From a bacterium (lineage in GTDB: Bacteria; Hinthialibacterota; Hinthialibacteria; Hinthialibacterales; Hinthialibacteraceae), in the NCBI GenBank assembly GCA_963663405.2, contig CAXXSM010000110.1, positions 1 through 64,000 on the forward strand: 64,000 nt of DNA, given 5' to 3'. The translations under genes and the position numbers were made by a program. The notes beneath the pieces are model-generated. The model was not told the DNA's origin, did not search any database, and saw only the letters and a list, made by a program, of their open reading frames with translations. The stretch's first letter is position 1; each line of letters starts with the position of its first letter. Shown piece by piece: positions 8,744-19,648 of the stretch.

Positions 8744-10345
8744 CTAATCGTCCGATCCGTCGTATCGTACATTCAACCGTTCCAATTGATTCGACAAGGT
8801 TTGGTAATTATTAAAGCCTAACAATTTCGACGCTATAGTTTTCGAGCCGCGCGCTTCGGTCATCGCTCTCCGTAAGTAAATCCGTTGGATATCATCCAAC
8901 AACAGGGATAGTTTAAACCCATCGCCCAAGGGTTGGTCCAGCAGACTTCCTTGGAAACTCGGCATCTCCATGATGGCGGCGGCGAAATCGTTTTCCTTCA
9001 ACACCGAGCCTTCCGCCATCACCATCGCCTGTAAGATCACGTTATACAACTCTCGTATATTCCCGGGCCAGGGTTGTTCTTTGAGAAATTTTTTGGCTTT
9101 GTCAGAAAATTTTTTCTTTTTATACCCCGGTTCATCGGCGGTTGTGAATTGCTGATTGATTTCCTCTAAAAAATGTTGGGCCAGCAGGGGAATGTCGTCT
9201 CGCCGTTCCCGCAACGGAGGCAGTTTGATGGCGATCACCGCCAACCGGTAATACAGATCCTCTCGAAATTCACCATTCACCACCGCCTGCAATATATCTT
9301 TATTGGTCGCGGCGATAACCCGCACATCACTTTGGATCACTGCCTCGCCGCCGACGGGAGAAAATTCCCGGCGCCAGGGAGTCTGGAGATCGAGCGGCTG
9401 CAAAACGCGCAGCAGTTTCACTTGGAGTTCCGGCGCCAATTCCCCGATTTCATCTAAAAACAAGGTCCCGGTGTCCGCGGTTTTGAATGCGCCATCCTTA
9501 TCCTTGTGCGCGCCGGTAAACGCGCCTTTCACATGACCGAACAATTCCGATTCGAGTAAATCCTTGGGGATCGCTCCACAATTGATGGCGACAAAAGGAT
9601 TCTCTTTTCGATGACTGGCTTGATGAATCGCCCGGGCGAACAGTTCTTTCCCTGTGCCGCATTCTCCCAACAGAAGCACGGGCACATCACGCATGGCCGC
9701 TCTCTTCGCCCGTCCGGCCACATAACGTATGCTCTTGCTATTCCCCACAATACGTTGAAATCCTTCTATTTCCTGGGGACTTTTACTGGCCAGACGCTGC
9801 CAATACGCGTCCGGCTTCCGCAGCAGTTCCGGGACAAAATCCACCGCGAGATCAAACGGGATTTCGGTCTCCCAGTACCGGTCTCGATGCGTCTGATAAA
9901 ACGTGGCGGGATACTTGCTCTTACCCAACAGCACCCAGACAGCGGCCATCGCGGGCGTGCCGGGACTGAGATGGATGCACAATTCCGCATCGGCGTTCGG
10001 CCGTTCGTTCAGGACCGTCCCCAATTCCTGGTCAACCACGGTGAAAATCCCCTTGTAGTCCGTGGGATTGGCAATCTTCACGGGATGCGCGATCGCATTC
10101 GATCCAAGCCACCGGCAGAACTGGCCGGTCAATTTGGCGCCGCAGTTGCTCAATAAATGAATTGCATCGAACGAGACCTGATCCACCAAGACTTTGATGG
10201 GGCTTTGAATCTCATCCAATGGAGGACCGGGTGGACACGCGTCCAGCACGGCTTGTTGTTTCTTGGGCGGAAGTGTTTTGGCCATCCCCCGAAGGTCATT
10301 ATGACCGATCCAGACGAACAGAAGTTTTCGATGGTTTTTTTTCAT
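8744..10345 (-). CDS. Sigma54-dependent activator (bEBP) with RtcR/CARF-like N-terminal domain
   Basis: GECGTGKE Walker A, ESELFGHVKGAFTGA, LFLDEIG, FREDLYYRL, WPGNIREL and a C-terminal HTH. The N-terminal WIG..D and HLSPGTPAM motifs are typical of RtcR-like CARF domains. Confidence 0.92.
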   Translation of the reverse strand: MKKNHRKLLFVWIGHNDLRGMAKTLPPKKQQAVLDACPPGPPLDEIQSPIKVLVDQVSFDAIHLLSNCGAKLTGQFCRWLGSNAIAHPVKIANPTDYKGIFTVVDQELGTVLNERPNADAELCIHLSPGTPAMAAVWVLLGKSKYPATFYQTHRDRYWETEIPFDLAVDFVPELLRKPDAYWQRLASKSPQEIEGFQRIVGNSKSIRYVAGRAKRAAMRDVPVLLLGECGTGKELFARAIHQASHRKENPFVAINCGAIPKDLLESELFGHVKGAFTGAHKDKDGAFKTADTGTLFLDEIGELAPELQVKLLRVLQPLDLQTPWRREFSPVGGEAVIQSDVRVIAATNKDILQAVVNGEFREDLYYRLAVIAIKLPPLRERRDDIPLLAQHFLEEINQQFTTADEPGYKKKKFSDKAKKFLKEQPWPGNIRELYNVILQAMVMAEGSVLKENDFAAAIMEMPSFQGSLLDQPLGDGFKLSLLLDDIQRIYLRRAMTEARGSKTIASKLLGFNNYQTLSNQLERLNVRYDGSDD

Positions 10346-10527
10346 GATAGAACCAGATTTATATTTTTATAAATATTCTTATTCATCGGGCGGGTGTCTG
10401 TCTACCCTTCCGGCATTCGAAAATTATTGTGTTTCTGCACGAAAACATCAATATCACCTTTATCTAAAGGGAATTTTCTACATTCGATCCAGCGGCGCCG
10501 CCATCACCAGGACGACAGGCAAAGAGA

Positions 10528-10544
10528 TTGGCCTCTGTTTTGCA
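10528..10544 (+). promoter_or_regulatory. Sigma54 (-24/-12) promoter of the JAB-E2-E1 operon
   Basis: TTGGCCTCTGTTTTGCA (GG-N10-GC with TTGC), about 50 bp upstream of the JAB start and divergent from the bEBP. Confidence 0.75.
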
Positions 10545-10593
10545 AAATCACACGCGAAGAGGCACAAAACAATTTGTTTGCTGTCTTTAGCCT

Positions 10594-11661
10594 ATGATGG
10601 AAAGGATCCGAACCTTGAATCCAGCGCCGGTCAACAATATCAGTCATGTTCCCGCCATTTACGAGTCTGAACTGCGAGTGATGGGCGGTTTGGCCTTACG
10701 AGGCTATCCGTACGAATGCGGGGGCAATCTGTTTGGCTTTTATACACGGGATCGCTGTCCCGTGATCTCCCTGCTGACAGGCCCCGGCCCGAACGCCACG
10801 TGTGAACGTTTCCATTTCGCCCAGGATTATGCGTTCTTCCTGCGCGCCAACCAGTTCTTCCATGCGGAATTTGGAATCGAGTGGATTGGCGATTGGCATT
10901 CGCATCCCCATCCCGGCGCCAACGAGCCCAGCCGGGGCGATTTGAATCAGGTCATGACACTCACCCGCCGGAATCCCCAGATTGAGCGCTGGCTCGATAT
11001 TATCGTCAGTTTTGAACGGAACCGCGCTTATAACCGGTTCTTCCCCGCCAGCTTACACCCGGCGACTAACGCTGTGTCCATCAACGCGTTCCTGTATCCC
11101 GACCCACAACAGGGCCAGGCGTTACGAACGCCTCTCCGGGTCTTGCCAGGAATGAGCCCGTTGCGTTCGGCGCTGGTCTCCAGAAACTCTCTCCAGCTAT
11201 GCCATTCGAGTTCCAACGTTCCTCAGGCGCCCATGGAACGGATTCGCTGCGAATCGAACGCGGACACAACAGAGCGATTTCATCACAGAAGCGAAAAGAA
11301 TGATATCCTGGCGGCTCAAATACGTGAGCTTCCCGAAGCGGCGCAACAGTCGATCGAGATAAGGCGCGCGCCTGGCCTTCTGATCCTGACCATCCCCATT
11401 ACAGCCTCTTACATCGCGGTGATTGGTTTGAAGGAAAACAATCCCACCTCCATTCTCAGGATTCTTGTCAAAGACATGAGGACCGATGAAACGCGCGATC
11501 TCACCTCCGCGTATGGCGCGAACGGCCGTTCGATCCGGCTTGGGCCACTCTATGAACGGCTTCACGCCCAAGCGGCGCGCCAACACAACGTGGATACCTG
11601 GTCGAAACTGCGGCCGCTGATAACGAGGTTCTGGCGGCCGTGGAGCGCCGTGCAATCCTAA
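10594..11661 (+). CDS. JAB/MPN (JAMM) metallopeptidase with an uncharacterised C-terminal domain
   Basis: ECGGNLFG ... GPGPNA ... IGDWHSHPHPGANEPSRGD (E...HxH...SxxD intact). Confidence 0.88.
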   Translation: MMERIRTLNPAPVNNISHVPAIYESELRVMGGLALRGYPYECGGNLFGFYTRDRCPVISLLTGPGPNATCERFHFAQDYAFFLRANQFFHAEFGIEWIGDWHSHPHPGANEPSRGDLNQVMTLTRRNPQIERWLDIIVSFERNRAYNRFFPASLHPATNAVSINAFLYPDPQQGQALRTPLRVLPGMSPLRSALVSRNSLQLCHSSSNVPQAPMERIRCESNADTTERFHHRSEKNDILAAQIRELPEAAQQSIEIRRAPGLLILTIPITASYIAVIGLKENNPTSILRILVKDMRTDETRDLTSAYGANGRSIRLGPLYERLHAQAARQHNVDTWSKLRPLITRFWRPWSAVQS

Positions 11662-11718
11662 ATCCAATTCCCATTTGGGAAGGTACACCAAATGAACTTT
11701 GTAAAGGAGACCTAAACG

Positions 11719-12168
11719 ATGTGGACACAACAACAGAGAACGCGGTTGGCGATCGAAGAAAAATTACTGCAAAAATACATGCCCGATTTCAAGTTTTACG
11801 ACCGGACACAAAACACGTATATCGCCGGGATCGTCAACGGGCCCCAGGTAACGCAGGACTACACCGTCATGATCCCTCTCCCCCTGGATTTTCCCTTCAG
11901 TAAACCGAAGGTGTATATCATCCGACCCGAGATTCTTCGGCTTTTTGGCGGCCAAGATACTGTCAACTCCCTCTCCACATCCCACGATTTCCACACGTTG
12001 GAGAACGGGCCTAACGGCGTCGTCCAAATTTGTTATCTATCCCATTGGGACGCCTCGATCACCTGTGTCAAAGCGATTCTCATGGCCCGGTTATGGCTTG
12101 TGGCCTACGAACAGCATCTTCAGACAGGCGAACCGGTCGCGCGGTATCTCGGCAAGCCGGAATCGTGA
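11719..12168 (+). CDS. Prokaryotic E2/UBC-fold protein
   Basis: RLAIEEKLL helix, LPLDFPFSKPKVYI, H...NG..QICYL (Cys at the catalytic position), then WDASIT, matching the UBC pattern. Confidence 0.75.
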   Translation: MWTQQQRTRLAIEEKLLQKYMPDFKFYDRTQNTYIAGIVNGPQVTQDYTVMIPLPLDFPFSKPKVYIIRPEILRLFGGQDTVNSLSTSHDFHTLENGPNGVVQICYLSHWDASITCVKAILMARLWLVAYEQHLQTGEPVARYLGKPES

Positions 12169-12236
12169 CGACGAAACGATTGTGAATCCAAGACCATTGT
12201 TTACGATGGATCTTTACCCATGCAAAGGAGAACATC

Positions 12237-13730
12237 ATGTCAATGACGGAAGAAGAACGAGTGCGTCAGATTATGGAAAACCATGTCCGGGGAGATCAGA
12301 CCGGCGCCAAACTGGTCTGGAATCCGGAGACCAAGATGATCGAAACGATCGATCCAGCGGCTTCGAAGGATCCGAAACAACTGGATCAAAAACTGATCAT
12401 TGAACCGTCCGACATGGGGCATTTTGCGGAATCGAATCCCGCGCCTGTCATTGTCCTGTCCGCCGAGAATATGGCCGGGCATACCGGAGCCGGCTGCTTT
12501 CCACACGCGTTCCGTTGTCTCGATGAAGGAGACGCGTACTCCGATATTCACACGGAACAGGCGGGAACGGCCGTACAAGGCAGTGTCTGCCTGACCGCGT
12601 CAGACACGAATACGCCGGTCGACGAATGCGGACGGCCCCACGATCGAGTGCGTGTCATCTTGAACCGGGATTCCCTATCAAATCCGGCCGCTCTCGATCG
12701 ATCCAACTCCAATGGGAATGAGCGCCCACGGGGGTATGTATTACAGCGGGAAGGCTGGATCGAGGCGGATGTGCAATTCGCGCCGATCAAGGACGATCTC
12801 TACTCTCGAACGCGGGGCATCCTTGAAACCAGCGTCCTCGCGGATCAATGTGTGGCGGTGTTGGGCCTGGGATCGGGAGGCGCGCAAATCGCCTGGGAAT
12901 TGGGCAAATTGGGATTGCGGCAAATTCTCGTGGATGGAGACCGCCTGGAAATCCACAACGTGGTCCGTCACATCGGCGGGCTGTCCGATGTGGGGCGCTA
13001 TAAAACCAAAATCATGAAAGAGAGAATCCTGGATATCAATCCGTACGCCTCCCTTGAAACCTGGGAAATGATGATGGACGCCTCCACGCAGGATCTCCTG
13101 TTGGAAATCGTCGAAAAAAGCGATTTGGTGATTGGCGCTGTGGACGATCACGACGCCCGAATGCGGATTAACCGGGCGTGTGTGGAACTCAAAACCCCGT
13201 TGATCCTGGCGGGAGTCTTCCGGCGGGCGTATGGAGGCCAAGTTCTCTATGTCCGTCCCGGCGAGACGCCCTGTTACCAATGTTTCACGCAGGCTTTGCC
13301 CGATACGGTCTGCGATCGGGAAATCTCCAGTTCCCGGGCCGCGGAGGGCTTGGCGTACACCGACCGGCCGGCCGCCATTGAACCCGGTCTCTCGATCGAT
13401 ATCGCCCCGATCAGTCATATGGTCGAGAAACTGACCGTGCAGAATCTGCTGCAAGGGCGCCCCACCTCCCTGCGCTCCTTGGATGAGGATCTGACCGCGT
13501 CCTGGTTTCTTTGGCTCAACCGGCGGGAAGAAGACACGAGTTACGAACAACTGAAACCGCTGCAATGCGGCGTCAACGGTATGAGCATCCTGCGCTGGTA
13601 TGGCGTGGATCTCCCCCGCAATCCCGCCTGCCCCTGTTGCGGCGATTTCGAGCAATACATCGCCGGCAAAGAAGAACTCGTCCTCCACCCGGAAGACACC
13701 GCGGCGTTTGGAGAAAGGGAAGCGGAATGA
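12237..13730 (+). CDS. E1/ThiF-family adenylyltransferase with long N-terminal extension
   Basis: LYSRTRG, GLGSGG, DGDRLEIHNVVRH, GRYKT, AVDD, Zn motifs CYQC and CPCC. Confidence 0.9.
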   Translation: MSMTEEERVRQIMENHVRGDQTGAKLVWNPETKMIETIDPAASKDPKQLDQKLIIEPSDMGHFAESNPAPVIVLSAENMAGHTGAGCFPHAFRCLDEGDAYSDIHTEQAGTAVQGSVCLTASDTNTPVDECGRPHDRVRVILNRDSLSNPAALDRSNSNGNERPRGYVLQREGWIEADVQFAPIKDDLYSRTRGILETSVLADQCVAVLGLGSGGAQIAWELGKLGLRQILVDGDRLEIHNVVRHIGGLSDVGRYKTKIMKERILDINPYASLETWEMMMDASTQDLLLEIVEKSDLVIGAVDDHDARMRINRACVELKTPLILAGVFRRAYGGQVLYVRPGETPCYQCFTQALPDTVCDREISSSRAAEGLAYTDRPAAIEPGLSIDIAPISHMVEKLTVQNLLQGRPTSLRSLDEDLTASWFLWLNRREEDTSYEQLKPLQCGVNGMSILRWYGVDLPRNPACPCCGDFEQYIAGKEELVLHPEDTAAFGEREAE

Positions 13731-16495
13731 TGGAATCCGCCCAATTCACCTATCGCCTTGCTGAGATTCCCGACCGCTCCTACCCTCCTTTCTTCGTAAA
13801 GGCGGGTGGGGATGTCCGGTCCGCCGTCCAGGCGGATTGCGAACATCTCCTCCGGGCGCTGGCGGAATTTCCACCTGATTCGGTCTCCCTGTCGACGCGC
13901 TATCTTTTCAATCCCTCCCATAACGGTCAGACGCCTCAGGAACGGCTGAACATCTTTCTCTCAGCTCAGGCGTACAACGAGGACTACTCGGCCGCGCTCT
14001 CTCTGTTGCTCGATCGGGGGCCTCTGCGCCGGTTTTATCCCCTGTGCAAGGTAGAATCCATGCAAATCCCGTGGGACACGTATCAGGCGGTTTGTACGAT
14101 CGCACGCCGGCAAATCCTCCTTGAACCAACCGTCACGCCGGAATTCAATCCCAAAGCTCTGCCCGCCTATCTCATGATCCAATCGTTTCAACCCAATCCG
14201 ACCAATGACGAAATGCCGTTGGACAATTTTCTTGACCGGATTGAAGAACCGGTCCTGATTGAACGGCGCTTTGAACCGGCGGATAGTTCCCGCGAGCTGG
14301 CTCTTCACACCAGGTATCTTTCTCTGTTGCAGCGCGTCAACCGGACGTGGGATGATGAGGACGTAATCGGCGATCCGATCGGTTCCAGCCACGCGGGCGA
14401 ATGGCGGATGGCTTTAAAATCCCTCCAAAAGAAAGAACCGCTCGCTGATGACTGCCGCCGCCGTCAGCAGCGGTTCCACGAAACGCTTACGCAGCCTCAT
14501 CTGCGGTTCCAGATCCGGATTTTCGCGCGATCCCAAGCCCTGGCCCGTCTGCTGGGTTCGGTGATCGCCGAATCCGCTTTCCAGGAGGGGAGCTACCGGT
14601 TGCAGGTTACGGACACGGGCGAATCGGGTTGGGAAGAAACAGCTCAGAATGTGGATTGTCGCCCTGTTCCGCCTGTCCTGGATAGCAGAGAAAGCGGGAA
14701 TAACTCCCAGCTGGAGCTGTACCGGGAATTGGAGCGGCTCAACCATCTCGCTCCAGTGGATCAGTTAACCAGCGTTTTCCGCCTGCCTCTCGCCGGGAAC
14801 GCCTCCCCCAAAACGATCCGGAAGAACACCGATCCACCGGCGGAATGTCCTGACATTATCCTGGGGATCGACGAACAGACTGCCAACAGTCAAACCAGCG
14901 AACCTTGGAATCCTGTGTACCGGGGGATTTCCATCAAGAACCTCGCCAAACATCTCTTTATCGCGGGGATGCCCGGTTCAGGGAAAACCATCGCCATCAT
15001 CAATTTGCTGCTTCAACTCAGCAAACTGAAGATCCCGTTCATTGTGTTCGAGCCGGGAAAAGCGGAATACCGGCTGCTCAAGCGGCTTAAGAATCATCCC
15101 AACGCCCAGCTGCGTCAATTGGCGCAGGAACTGCGCGTCTATACGCCGGGCAATGAACGGATCTCTCCCTGGCGCCTGAATCCACTCCAGATTCCCCCGG
15201 GGATCTCAACCTATCAACACATCGAAAACCTTTCCACCTGTTTCAAAGCGGCCATGCCCCTCAGCGCCCCTTTGCCCTCTCTTTTAGAGGAAGCGTTAGA
15301 ACGGGTATATGAACTTAATCCGGATCCGGATCATCCACCCCGGATGGCGGATCTCCATCATGCGGCTGAACGTGTGTTAGCCGCGAAGGGATACTCCGCC
15401 GAAGTCCATTCCAATATCAGAGGCGGACTAGATACACGGCTGGGCGCGCTGACCCGGCGCGCGATGGGCCGGATCTTTCAATGTCCAAATGATAATGAGG
15501 CTATCAAACAGCTGTTGGAAGGATTCTCGTTGATTGAACTCGCGGCGCTGCCGCGGGATCACGCGTGCCTGGTAACCCTATTCAGCTTAATGCTCTTGCG
15601 GGAAACGATCGCTTCCATCCCCTATACCCACGAAGGAATCCGGATCGTGATTGTGTTGGAAGAAGCGCATAATATCGTAGCCCGGACAAATCCGGCCGCC
15701 GCTTCGGAAACGAACGCCGATCCCACAGCGTTCGCCTCGGAATTTGTTTGTAACATGCTGGCCGAATTACGAGCCCACGGTGTTGCGATCGTGATCGTGG
15801 ATCAACTCCCCTCCACGGTCGCCCCGCAAGTCGTCAAAAACACCGGATCTAAACTAGCGTTTCGCCAGGTCGACACCGCCGACCGGGAAGACCTTGGCGG
15901 GGCTATGTTGTTTGGACCCCTTGAACTGGAAGAGATCGCCCGTTTACGGCCCGGTGAAGCGTTCTTCATGACCGAGAATTACTTCGGCCCCCGGCGGATT
16001 GTAACGCCGAATCTCCAAGCGGAGTTCGATCTTCCAATCCCCCCCGCGGGCGACTCCCTCCATTCGTATCTCCGTGACGAGGCCTGGTTCATCGAAACGG
16101 CGGAGGCCAGGATGACAGCGGAATTGAAGCGTCTCAAGAATGCGATGGATGAATTTGACGAGTTCCGGACACAAATCGTTCAACAAACCAAGAAACTGTT
16201 GACGGATTATACGCGAATTCTCACCCCCTCCTCCCAGGATCAGGGGAAAGGATTGAGTCAGTGTGTTCGCAAAGCCCAAACGCTTCTTACCCGTCTTACG
16301 AAAGGTTTTGAGGATTTTCAACGCGGCGCGTATCGCCCCTTGCTGGGTGAGGAGCCAGGGGAATCTCTCGACAGCGGTCTCCACTCGCTCCGAAACAACG
16401 CCATTCATCGATTTGAAACTGTGATAGAACCGGATACCCAGTCGTGTCTAGGTATCCTGCGCAATCTACTGGAAAAATCCACTATTAACGAATGA
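13727..16495 (+). CDS. HerA/FtsK-like (DUF87) P-loop ATPase
   Basis: KHLFIAGMPGSGKT, VLEEAHN, ELRAHG, IVDQLPS, VVKNT. ATGA overlap with the E1 stop gives a start at 13727. Confidence 0.88.
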   Translation: MMESAQFTYRLAEIPDRSYPPFFVKAGGDVRSAVQADCEHLLRALAEFPPDSVSLSTRYLFNPSHNGQTPQERLNIFLSAQAYNEDYSAALSLLLDRGPLRRFYPLCKVESMQIPWDTYQAVCTIARRQILLEPTVTPEFNPKALPAYLMIQSFQPNPTNDEMPLDNFLDRIEEPVLIERRFEPADSSRELALHTRYLSLLQRVNRTWDDEDVIGDPIGSSHAGEWRMALKSLQKKEPLADDCRRRQQRFHETLTQPHLRFQIRIFARSQALARLLGSVIAESAFQEGSYRLQVTDTGESGWEETAQNVDCRPVPPVLDSRESGNNSQLELYRELERLNHLAPVDQLTSVFRLPLAGNASPKTIRKNTDPPAECPDIILGIDEQTANSQTSEPWNPVYRGISIKNLAKHLFIAGMPGSGKTIAIINLLLQLSKLKIPFIVFEPGKAEYRLLKRLKNHPNAQLRQLAQELRVYTPGNERISPWRLNPLQIPPGISTYQHIENLSTCFKAAMPLSAPLPSLLEEALERVYELNPDPDHPPRMADLHHAAERVLAAKGYSAEVHSNIRGGLDTRLGALTRRAMGRIFQCPNDNEAIKQLLEGFSLIELAALPRDHACLVTLFSLMLLRETIASIPYTHEGIRIVIVLEEAHNIVARTNPAAASETNADPTAFASEFVCNMLAELRAHGVAIVIVDQLPSTVAPQVVKNTGSKLAFRQVDTADREDLGGAMLFGPLELEEIARLRPGEAFFMTENYFGPRRIVTPNLQAEFDLPIPPAGDSLHSYLRDEAWFIETAEARMTAELKRLKNAMDEFDEFRTQIVQQTKKLLTDYTRILTPSSQDQGKGLSQCVRKAQTLLTRLTKGFEDFQRGAYRPLLGEEPGESLDSGLHSLRNNAIHRFETVIEPDTQSCLGILRNLLEKSTINE

Positions 16496-16513
16496 TATCA
16501 GGAGAAAAACAAA

Positions 16514-17026
16514 ATGAACAATCGAAGCGATATGCCAACCCGAATCGAAGTGACCGACACAGTCGACTTGCATCAGAATGAGATGAACGACAAAGGAGAA
16601 GAAATTGAATTGACAGTTTCCGACCTGGAATTGGAGCGTGAAACGCTGGAAGCGTTGGAACGGCGAGGCACGGCGGAAGGAACGGACGAGATCGAGCAGA
16701 ATATTGACACCGCGCAAGATGTGAGTGGCGGCGAATTCGAAGAGGAGAGCCACGAATTGGAGGAAGTCCATTCAGAGACGGAAGAACACGAGACGGATCT
16801 GAACGAACGCTCGGAAGCGGCCACGATGGATCAAACGAAAATAGCGGACGCTCAATCGGCAATCCATAGTGACAACGCGAACAGTGAATTGGAACGGGCC
16901 AGAGAGGCTGCGGAACAGGATATCGAGTTCCTGACCGAACACGAGCAACGCTCAGAGCAGGCCCGGCAGGAGAGCGAACGGCTCCACCAGGAACATGAAA
17001 ATCGCGCGAGCCAGGCAAGGAGATAA
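16514..17026 (+). CDS. Highly acidic all-helical/coiled-coil protein
   Basis: RBS AGGAG. E/D-rich heptad-like sequence inside the operon. Confidence 0.8.
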   Translation: MNNRSDMPTRIEVTDTVDLHQNEMNDKGEEIELTVSDLELERETLEALERRGTAEGTDEIEQNIDTAQDVSGGEFEEESHELEEVHSETEEHETDLNERSEAATMDQTKIADAQSAIHSDNANSELERAREAAEQDIEFLTEHEQRSEQARQESERLHQEHENRASQARR

Positions 17027-17030
17027 GACC

Positions 17031-17660
17031 ATGCGAAACAATCGCAATTCAACCGTCACAGTTTTAGGAACCGGCGCCGATTCTTCAACCGGCCCTTCAA
17101 ATGCGAATCCACACCAAGCGGGGCAAACCTTACCCCGCGTGGCGGGAAGCGTCAACCCGGATTTCACGGGGATCGAGAACCAATACGCCAGCGGGTATGA
17201 TATCCATTCCGTCATCCAGAGTTTACCTGGCAAATTCTCGCAATGCCTGCGTCTTGTAGAGAAAGAGATTCAGTATTGCAAGAACAACCTGCGAACGGTC
17301 GCCCAACACGAGGAGGAAATCAACAGTGACGACGCGAGAGAGCATTATTTCCACGCGGAATCGGATTTAGCCGCCCAATACGAACACTACCTTTCCCTGC
17401 GGAAAGATATATGTGAGCAAATTAAAGAAATCGATCGCTCTATTCAGGGCACGCTGATTGAATTGGGGGGATTCGTTGATTCGACGCCCTCTCTTGGACC
17501 GCCCTCTCCCCCCAGCGAATCCCCTCCCCCGGCGTCAATAACGGCGCCAAGAGAGCCCTCAAAAGAAATCGACACCCTTTCGGACGCCGCTATGCGGAAT
17601 CATGTCGCCGCTGCGTTTGGCATTGATCCATCCATCATGGACAAGAAAGAAAAGCCATGA
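17031..17660 (+). CDS. Coiled-coil protein with Pro-rich linker
   Basis: RBS AAGGAG before ATG 17031. Stop overlaps the next start (ATGA). Confidence 0.75.
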   Translation: MRNNRNSTVTVLGTGADSSTGPSNANPHQAGQTLPRVAGSVNPDFTGIENQYASGYDIHSVIQSLPGKFSQCLRLVEKEIQYCKNNLRTVAQHEEEINSDDAREHYFHAESDLAAQYEHYLSLRKDICEQIKEIDRSIQGTLIELGGFVDSTPSLGPPSPPSESPPPASITAPREPSKEIDTLSDAAMRNHVAAAFGIDPSIMDKKEKP

Positions 17661-19535
17661 ATGAGAAAAGTCTGGTTCATCCCCTCTGCCTTGGCGCGGG
17701 AGGCCCCCGGCCGGGGCTTCGGATTCTCTGGCCTGGCGCGGATTCACCCCGGATCGAGATCGAACTGCCGCTGGGTCATAGCGTCTATTCCATCGATGTG
17801 GACGGGGAGAGGGATCTCATCGCGATCGGAACGCGGGCGGGCCGTATTGAACTGTTTTCGTATCCAAACCATGAGAATGAATCCTGCGAGCGGCTTCATT
17901 CTCTCCTGCAAGGCGCGCCGGTGTTGCCGGTATGTGTCCTTCCCCATCAACGGATCTTATCGGCGGACACCACCGGGCGCGTCTTGCTGTGGCGTCCTTT
18001 CGATAATCCATCCTCTCCGGTCTCGCTTGATACGACGGGTGAATTGGTTGGATCGATCAACCGTCTGGATGAGACACACGCCGTGGGTCTCTCTTCGCAA
18101 GGGAAGATTCTGATATGGGAACTATCCACCGGCCGGCTCTTGCGAATCATATCCGGTCCCGAGCCGCCCAAACAGCTGGCGCTTGTCAACCTTGTGTCTT
18201 GGCCTTCGCCGCAGGCGCTCGTCTATCCAGCTGCGGATGGTTCCTTGGTCCACTGCAAACCAGAAGATTCCAGCGTTTGTGTCTGGGAAGCGCATCACGG
18301 GGAATTCTATGCCTGCCTCTGCGATGGGGAGTATCTCCATACGATTGGTCATAAAGACGGCCGTATGAAAACATGGGACGCTTCGGGGACTGTCATTCAC
18401 CAACGTCGGTGTCCAACCGGGATCGTCGCGGGAGAATTTCTGGTGGATGGGACAAACCGGCTGCTTCTCATCAATGATCAGGGCCACGCTATGATTTACG
18501 ACCTTCATGACGATGCCCTGCAGCCGGTTCAAAAGTTGGATGGGGAGGCCTACCGGAGCGTGGCCGGGCCTTCCCATTCCGTCCGCCAGGCGCTTGCCGC
18601 TCAATGGCGGGTATCCCGTTTCCAGCAGTTGAAAACCGAAATTCAGTCCAAGATGGATCTTAACCAAGTTGAAGGTTTGAACGCATTACATCAAGAACTG
18701 GTGGATTTAGGCTTCGAGACGGTCTCGTTGGCGTTCCGGGCGCGCCAGGCGGCGCAACGGCAGGATCCGATCGAAGAACTGAAAATACGGCGCCGTCTGA
18801 CGTCCCAATTGTCCAGCGAAGATCCACAGGCGTCTGACTCTCTTCGATGTTACGCCGATACGCTGGAAAGAACCTGGCGATTGCGGGAAGCCCGATCGGT
18901 CTATCAATCAATTGATAAGTCGAGAGATGGTTGCCAATTCCTTCCATGGCTTGACCGCGCCTGCGGCGCCATGGAAGGGGGACCTGTGGACGATCGAACC
19001 GGACATTCCATTCCCGCTGTTGATTGAAGCCGCAAACGCGCTGGAAGAGCCGTTTACAGGCCGGTGGCTGTTCAACAGTTCGAATCCGATCCCATTCCCC
19101 GAATCCACTCTCTCCGCCGCCGTTTTGGCCGAAAAATACGAACAAATCAAAGCGGATGATCAACAAGAGAATCTCCCCGGCGCGGAGCCTTGCAGGATGC
19201 AATGGATCGTGCGGAATACAATCCAGCCGTTCGAAGCCGTCATTTTCCATGATTCCATCCAACCGGAATCAGTGGAAATTCAACGAGCGCTCTTGCTGAT
19301 TCAAAATGAGTTTCAAATTCGGATCCAGCCGGTGGCTCTGTTTCACGCCGAGGGAATAGAGCCAGGCCGGTCTTGGCGCGCGCATAACGCTCATGTCCTT
19401 CGCGTGTATGAAAGCGTGAGTCAGCGCCAGGCCGAGGATTTCTGGTCCCCCAAAATCCGCCAGACGATTGGATTGGCTTTACGGCGGCTTCGAAACCTTT
19501 CCCTCTCATCCCAGCGGCAAGAAAGGATCGCATAG
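17657..19535 (+). CDS. WD40-repeat protein with helical C-terminal region; one frameshift near 18978
   Basis: WD-like blades (GKILIWEL, WEAHHGE...DGRMKTWD). ORFs 17657..19027 and 18912..19535 join if one G is removed from the G-run (MEGDLWTIEPD). Confidence 0.78.
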
Positions 19536-19648
19536 AATGACAATAAACTGCGCAACTCAATCCATCATAAGAAGAGAAAGCCCGGCGCCCATTTCCTGGT
19601 GAAAATGAACTCTATATTTCTGATTTCCCGGAGCGGCGAAAAGCGAGT

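Noticed and set aside
10344-10670. 108-aa ORF in the divergent promoter region
   Set aside because: It overlaps the sigma54 promoter and both gene starts and has no recognisable features.
10594-13730. Type II CBASS or thiamine/molybdopterin biosynthesis
   Set aside because: No CD-NTase or effector is present, E2 and E1 are separate, and there is no ThiS/MoaD or cofactor pathway gene.
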